A DNA stretch of 64,000 nucleotides from TPA_inf: Saccharomyces (Eukaryota). Below are positions 60,299 to 64,000 of this stretch, one piece after another; the first letter of the stretch is position 1; each line of letters opens with the position of its first letter. The position numbers and the translations under genes were made by a program. A model generated the notes under the pieces. The model saw only the letters and a list, made by a program, of their open reading frames with translations, searched no databases and was not told where the DNA came from. Where the stretch lies: assembly GCA_000146045.2 (NCBI GenBank), contig BK006941.2, positions 64,001 to 128,000 on the forward strand, given 5' to 3'.

Positions 60299-60697
60299 CA
60301 CTAGTTACATATGTATAAAACCCAATATCATGGACATAGAATTGCCTATCTCGCGAGCCACGGCAGAAAGTTCTGAAAAAAAAAAAAAAGAGGACGCTCA
60401 CAGGGGCTGGCGTGTGGCTAAGGCAGACTCCGTGGAGTGTAAGAGAAGTTCAAAGCAAGATTAGGCTTTCTGATGAATTGGTAGCGCAGAGTCTGGCAAA
60501 GTCTATTTCAAGTTCACAGCGTCCGTTTACCACAATTGTTTGAGAACTCTTCTCCTTCCTGTGCCTATAGCCACACTTGCAAACATTACATGGTGAAGGC
60601 GCTTTAGAGACTTTTCTGTTTTACTATATATATAAGATAACATAGCGCGCGTGCAAACCAAAGGACAAGTAACAATCTGCACCTGCTTTAGCGTAGT

Positions 60698-63600
60698 ATG
60701 CCTTTATTACAACCATCCACTTGCTTCTGCTACCCTTTGAAGCTTCCGCCATTACCACTGACTTCCGATTCCAACGAGTTTGATGAATGCGCCAGGAAAA
60801 GGTTAACGCTGGACTATAGAACAGGTTCAGCGGTGACGCTAACAAGGTCTAATATATTTGTACATGGTGGTCTAACCATCCCGTTGAACCTGCCAGTTGT
60901 AAATTCTATGCAATTACAAAAGGAGCTTATTCTCTTTTTTGCAAAGGAAAAAAACAACGGTAGTTCTTTTAGGAATTTAAACGAGTGGATAAGTAAGGAG
61001 ACGTTTTTCTTAGACTTGATGTCTAGAACCTGGTACAGAGTCAAGACCTCCTTTGACCAAAGGACAGAGGAATTATTAAAGGCAGAGAGTTCTAGCGCCA
61101 AAGCAGATAATGACACAAACGAGATTAGAACGGACATTAAGAAAGGTAAATCCCTTGAATCTCCGCTCAAGGAGAGGCTATTCCATTCCTTATGTTATTT
61201 AGATGGCTGTTTATATATATTTGGTGGTCTCACAGTGTCTCCTCAGAGCGGATATGAGTTGATTGCTACCAATGAGTTGTGGAAACTGGATTTAAACACG
61301 AAGAAGTGGTCGCTTTTGAGTGATGACCCTCAAATAGCGAGAAGGTTCAACCATACCATGCATGTAAAGAACGAAAATAACGATAATAGAGACACGAAAT
61401 TAATAATTGTCGGAGGTCTTAATAACATGGATCAGCCGGTCAAGAAAATAGACATCTATAACATCTCACAGAATTGCTGGCAATCCGAAACCATACCCAA
61501 ACAACCGATGGAAATCACTACAAATGTCAATGGCATACCATTAGCATTATCAAAGGATCAGAATTTTTCGATTTTAGTTGAAAATAATGAGGCCAACGTT
61601 CCAGCGCTGGCATTCTATATGAGAAGTGATCAAATAGACGAATATCTCGGAAAGGATTCATCAAAGATAAAGGAGAATTCGCCTATAGTGGCGTTGCCGC
61701 TATTGTCTGAATCGCAAGGTATTAGAATGCCCTCAAACCCGGCATTACCGAAAAAACTATTGAATGTTCCGTATGAGCTATTAGCACCGACAGGTGACTA
61801 TTTTGGATTCAATATCATAATCGGTGGGTTTCATCCAAATTACCAATCCTCTAACTTTCATTGTTTTATATACGATATTAACTCCGGAAAGTGGTCACGA
61901 GTCGCTACCGCCTGCCCTGACTGCGATATCAATAAACATCGATTCTGGAGGGTATTTGTTTGGAAATCGCATCATCAGACGATTTTGTTGGGTACCAAGA
62001 CTGATGATTATTATTCACCCAGTGTACAAAGATTCGACCATCTTTCCACTTTTGGATTACCGCTGGTAAATATTTTTAACAAGACGATCCAATTACCCCA
62101 TCACAAGATCTCAGCTTCGTCTTTACCAATACCCATAGAAAATTTTGCGAAGCATAAGGATACTCCATTAAAAAAGGTGAGCTTCACTTCATCAGCTACC
62201 TCCCAATTTGAAAACTACATTAGATATATAGCTCCGCCCTTGGAAATGTCTTCTATCCAATCTGTGTTTCCACCGTATGCCATGGTTCTAGGTAAAGACG
62301 CTTTAGAGATTTACGGGAAGCCTCTTTCTGATTTTGAATTTATTACTAGTGAAGGTGACTCCATTGGTATACCATGCTATTTGCTGAGGAAAAGATGGGG
62401 CCGTTATTTCGACATGCTTTTATCCCAGAGTTATACAAAAGTTTGTGCTGATTATGAAACTACTGATACGCAATCTACACTAATAAAATTTTCACCACAT
62501 TCATCTAGAAACAGTTCTAAAGCTGTGAGGCAAGAAGGTAGACTCTCTTCATCGGGTTCACTGGACAATTATTTCGAAAAAAACTTCCCAATCTTTGCGA
62601 GAACAAGTGTTTCCGAGGCCCAGAACACACAACCTCAGGTAGCGAATGCTGATGCGAAAGCTCCAAATACACCTAGTACGTCAGATGAACCAAGCTCTTC
62701 CTCCTCTTCCGATTTATACTCCACTCCTCATTACCAACGTAATAATGATGAAGAGGATGACGAGGACCCGGTTTCCCCGAAGCCTGTATCAAAATCAAAC
62801 AGTATCTATAGACCCATTAGAAAGACAGAAAGTTCATCAACAACGAGTTCTTCAAACGGTATGATTTTCAGAGTACCTTTCAAGGAAAAAGCGGCTGTAA
62901 CGTCAAACACTGAAGCCCTCTTGGAGTCAAACCTTTCACTTCAAGAATTGAGCCGAAGAAGATCATCACTTATGAGCATCCCGTCTGGTGAACTTCTAAG
63001 GTCCTCTATATCTGAAGCGGAACATCAACGTCGTGCATCTCATCCACTCACTTCATCACCGCTCTTTGAAGATAGTGGAACCCCTTGCGGCAAACAACTG
63101 CAACAACTGCAACAACATACTATACAAAATCCTCATAACCATTTGTCGCCCCGGAGGTTTTCAAGAAGTGCAAGAAGTTCAATTTCCTACGTGAGTTCTT
63201 CTTCCGATAGACGTGGAAATTCAATTTCTAGCAGGAGCACAAGCGATAGCTTTGGAACTCCACCAGTTTTGGGCGTTTTGAATGTACCATTACCTCCTCA
63301 AACAAGAGAACCTAATGAACCACCTCCACCATGTCCTGCAATGAGTACCGGCTCAAATACAAGGCGAAGCAACACCTTAACGGATTATATGCATTCTAAC
63401 AAGGCTAGCCCGTTTTCTTCTCGTAGATCGTCGCATATCGGTAGACGTTCTAGTACACCGGAAACGGAAAACGCATTCTCTGCAACACCAAGAGCATCCT
63501 TAGATGGTCAAATGTTAGGAAAATCTTTGAAGGAAGGTTCTACATCACAGTACACACAGCCAAGGATGAACTCTTTCCCAAAGGCTAATGAAACCATACA

Positions 63601-64000
63601 AACACCCACATCATCAAACAATGAATGGAGCCGTCAATCCGTTACTTCAAATACAGATAGTTTTGACAGTTTGCAATCTAATTTTGCGTTAGAGTTGGAA
63701 CCACTTTTAACACCGAGGTCACTTTATATGCCTTGGCCAACCTCCACAGTTCGAGCATTTGCGGAATTTTTTTACACTGGGCAAGTAAACAGTAAATGGC
63801 TTTTGGCACCAGTTGCTCTTGATTTATTAGTAATGGCCAAGATTTATGAAATACCATTACTGTATAAATTGATCCTTGAAGTTTTATATTCGATTCTGGC
63901 TAAAAAAGAAGAAAGTTTATCCTTAATATGTACTTCGTTAATGGAGACCTTTCGCACCAAAACTCTGAACTCCTATAAAGGTGATGAAGAAAAAACAAAT
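60698..64000 (+). CDS. MDS3: MDS3 (YGL197W), N-terminal 1101 codons only (kelch-repeat protein); CDS continues past the window end
   Basis: ATG at 60698; the open frame runs uninterrupted to the window end (3303 nt); [24 protein letters not shown]...; not in the ORF track because it is truncated. Confidence 0.8.

Noticed and set aside
58955-60318. 114-, 156- and 119-aa ORFs overlapping EMP24 and YIP4
   Set aside because: They are antisense or alternate-frame to well-supported genes and are overlap artefacts.

Overview
I recognise this window from memory (no database search was run) as Saccharomyces cerevisiae nuclear DNA from the left arm of chromosome VII, running from YGL229C (SAP4) to the start of YGL197W (MDS3), roughly 64-128 kb on the chromosome. 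The large ORFs in the six-frame track match proteins I recognise in both sequence and length. Gene order is SAP4, SHE10, VID30, OST5 (intron-containing), MTC3, tRNA-Val(AAC), VRG4, SDT1, COG1, EDC1, NIF3, BOL2/FRA2, MDM34, KIP3, CLG1, SKI8, VAM7, NCS6, YPT32, MIG2, SIP2, SPT16, CHC1, POX1, tRNA-His(GUG), KEX1, tRNA-Lys(UUU, with intron), ARO8, MCM6, tRNA-Lys(CUU), EMP24, YIP4, then MDS3 truncated at the window edge. It is a dense, mostly housekeeping eukaryotic region with no prokaryotic operons or CRISPR. The accessory content sits at the tRNA genes: a Ty1-type delta LTR interrupted by a Ty4-type tau LTR with a 5-bp target-site duplication and a second truncated delta, both beside tRNA-His; a solo delta upstream of tRNA-Lys(UUU); and a roughly 1 kb unclassified repeat block with a delta-like terminus and a perfect 20-bp palindrome upstream of tRNA-Lys(CUU). 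Other points: an unusually long (about 2.9 kb) ORF-free interval between tRNA-Val and VRG4, the OST5 intron with a GUACGU 5' splice site, an oleate-response element upstream of POX1, an Mcm1/ECB-type palindrome upstream of MCM6, CGGA (Rgt1-type) motifs upstream of MIG2, a 31-bp poly(dA:dT) tract, and several microsatellites and coding acidic-codon repeats. I found no ORF or system that is not accounted for by known yeast genes or by antisense or overlapping artefact ORFs.
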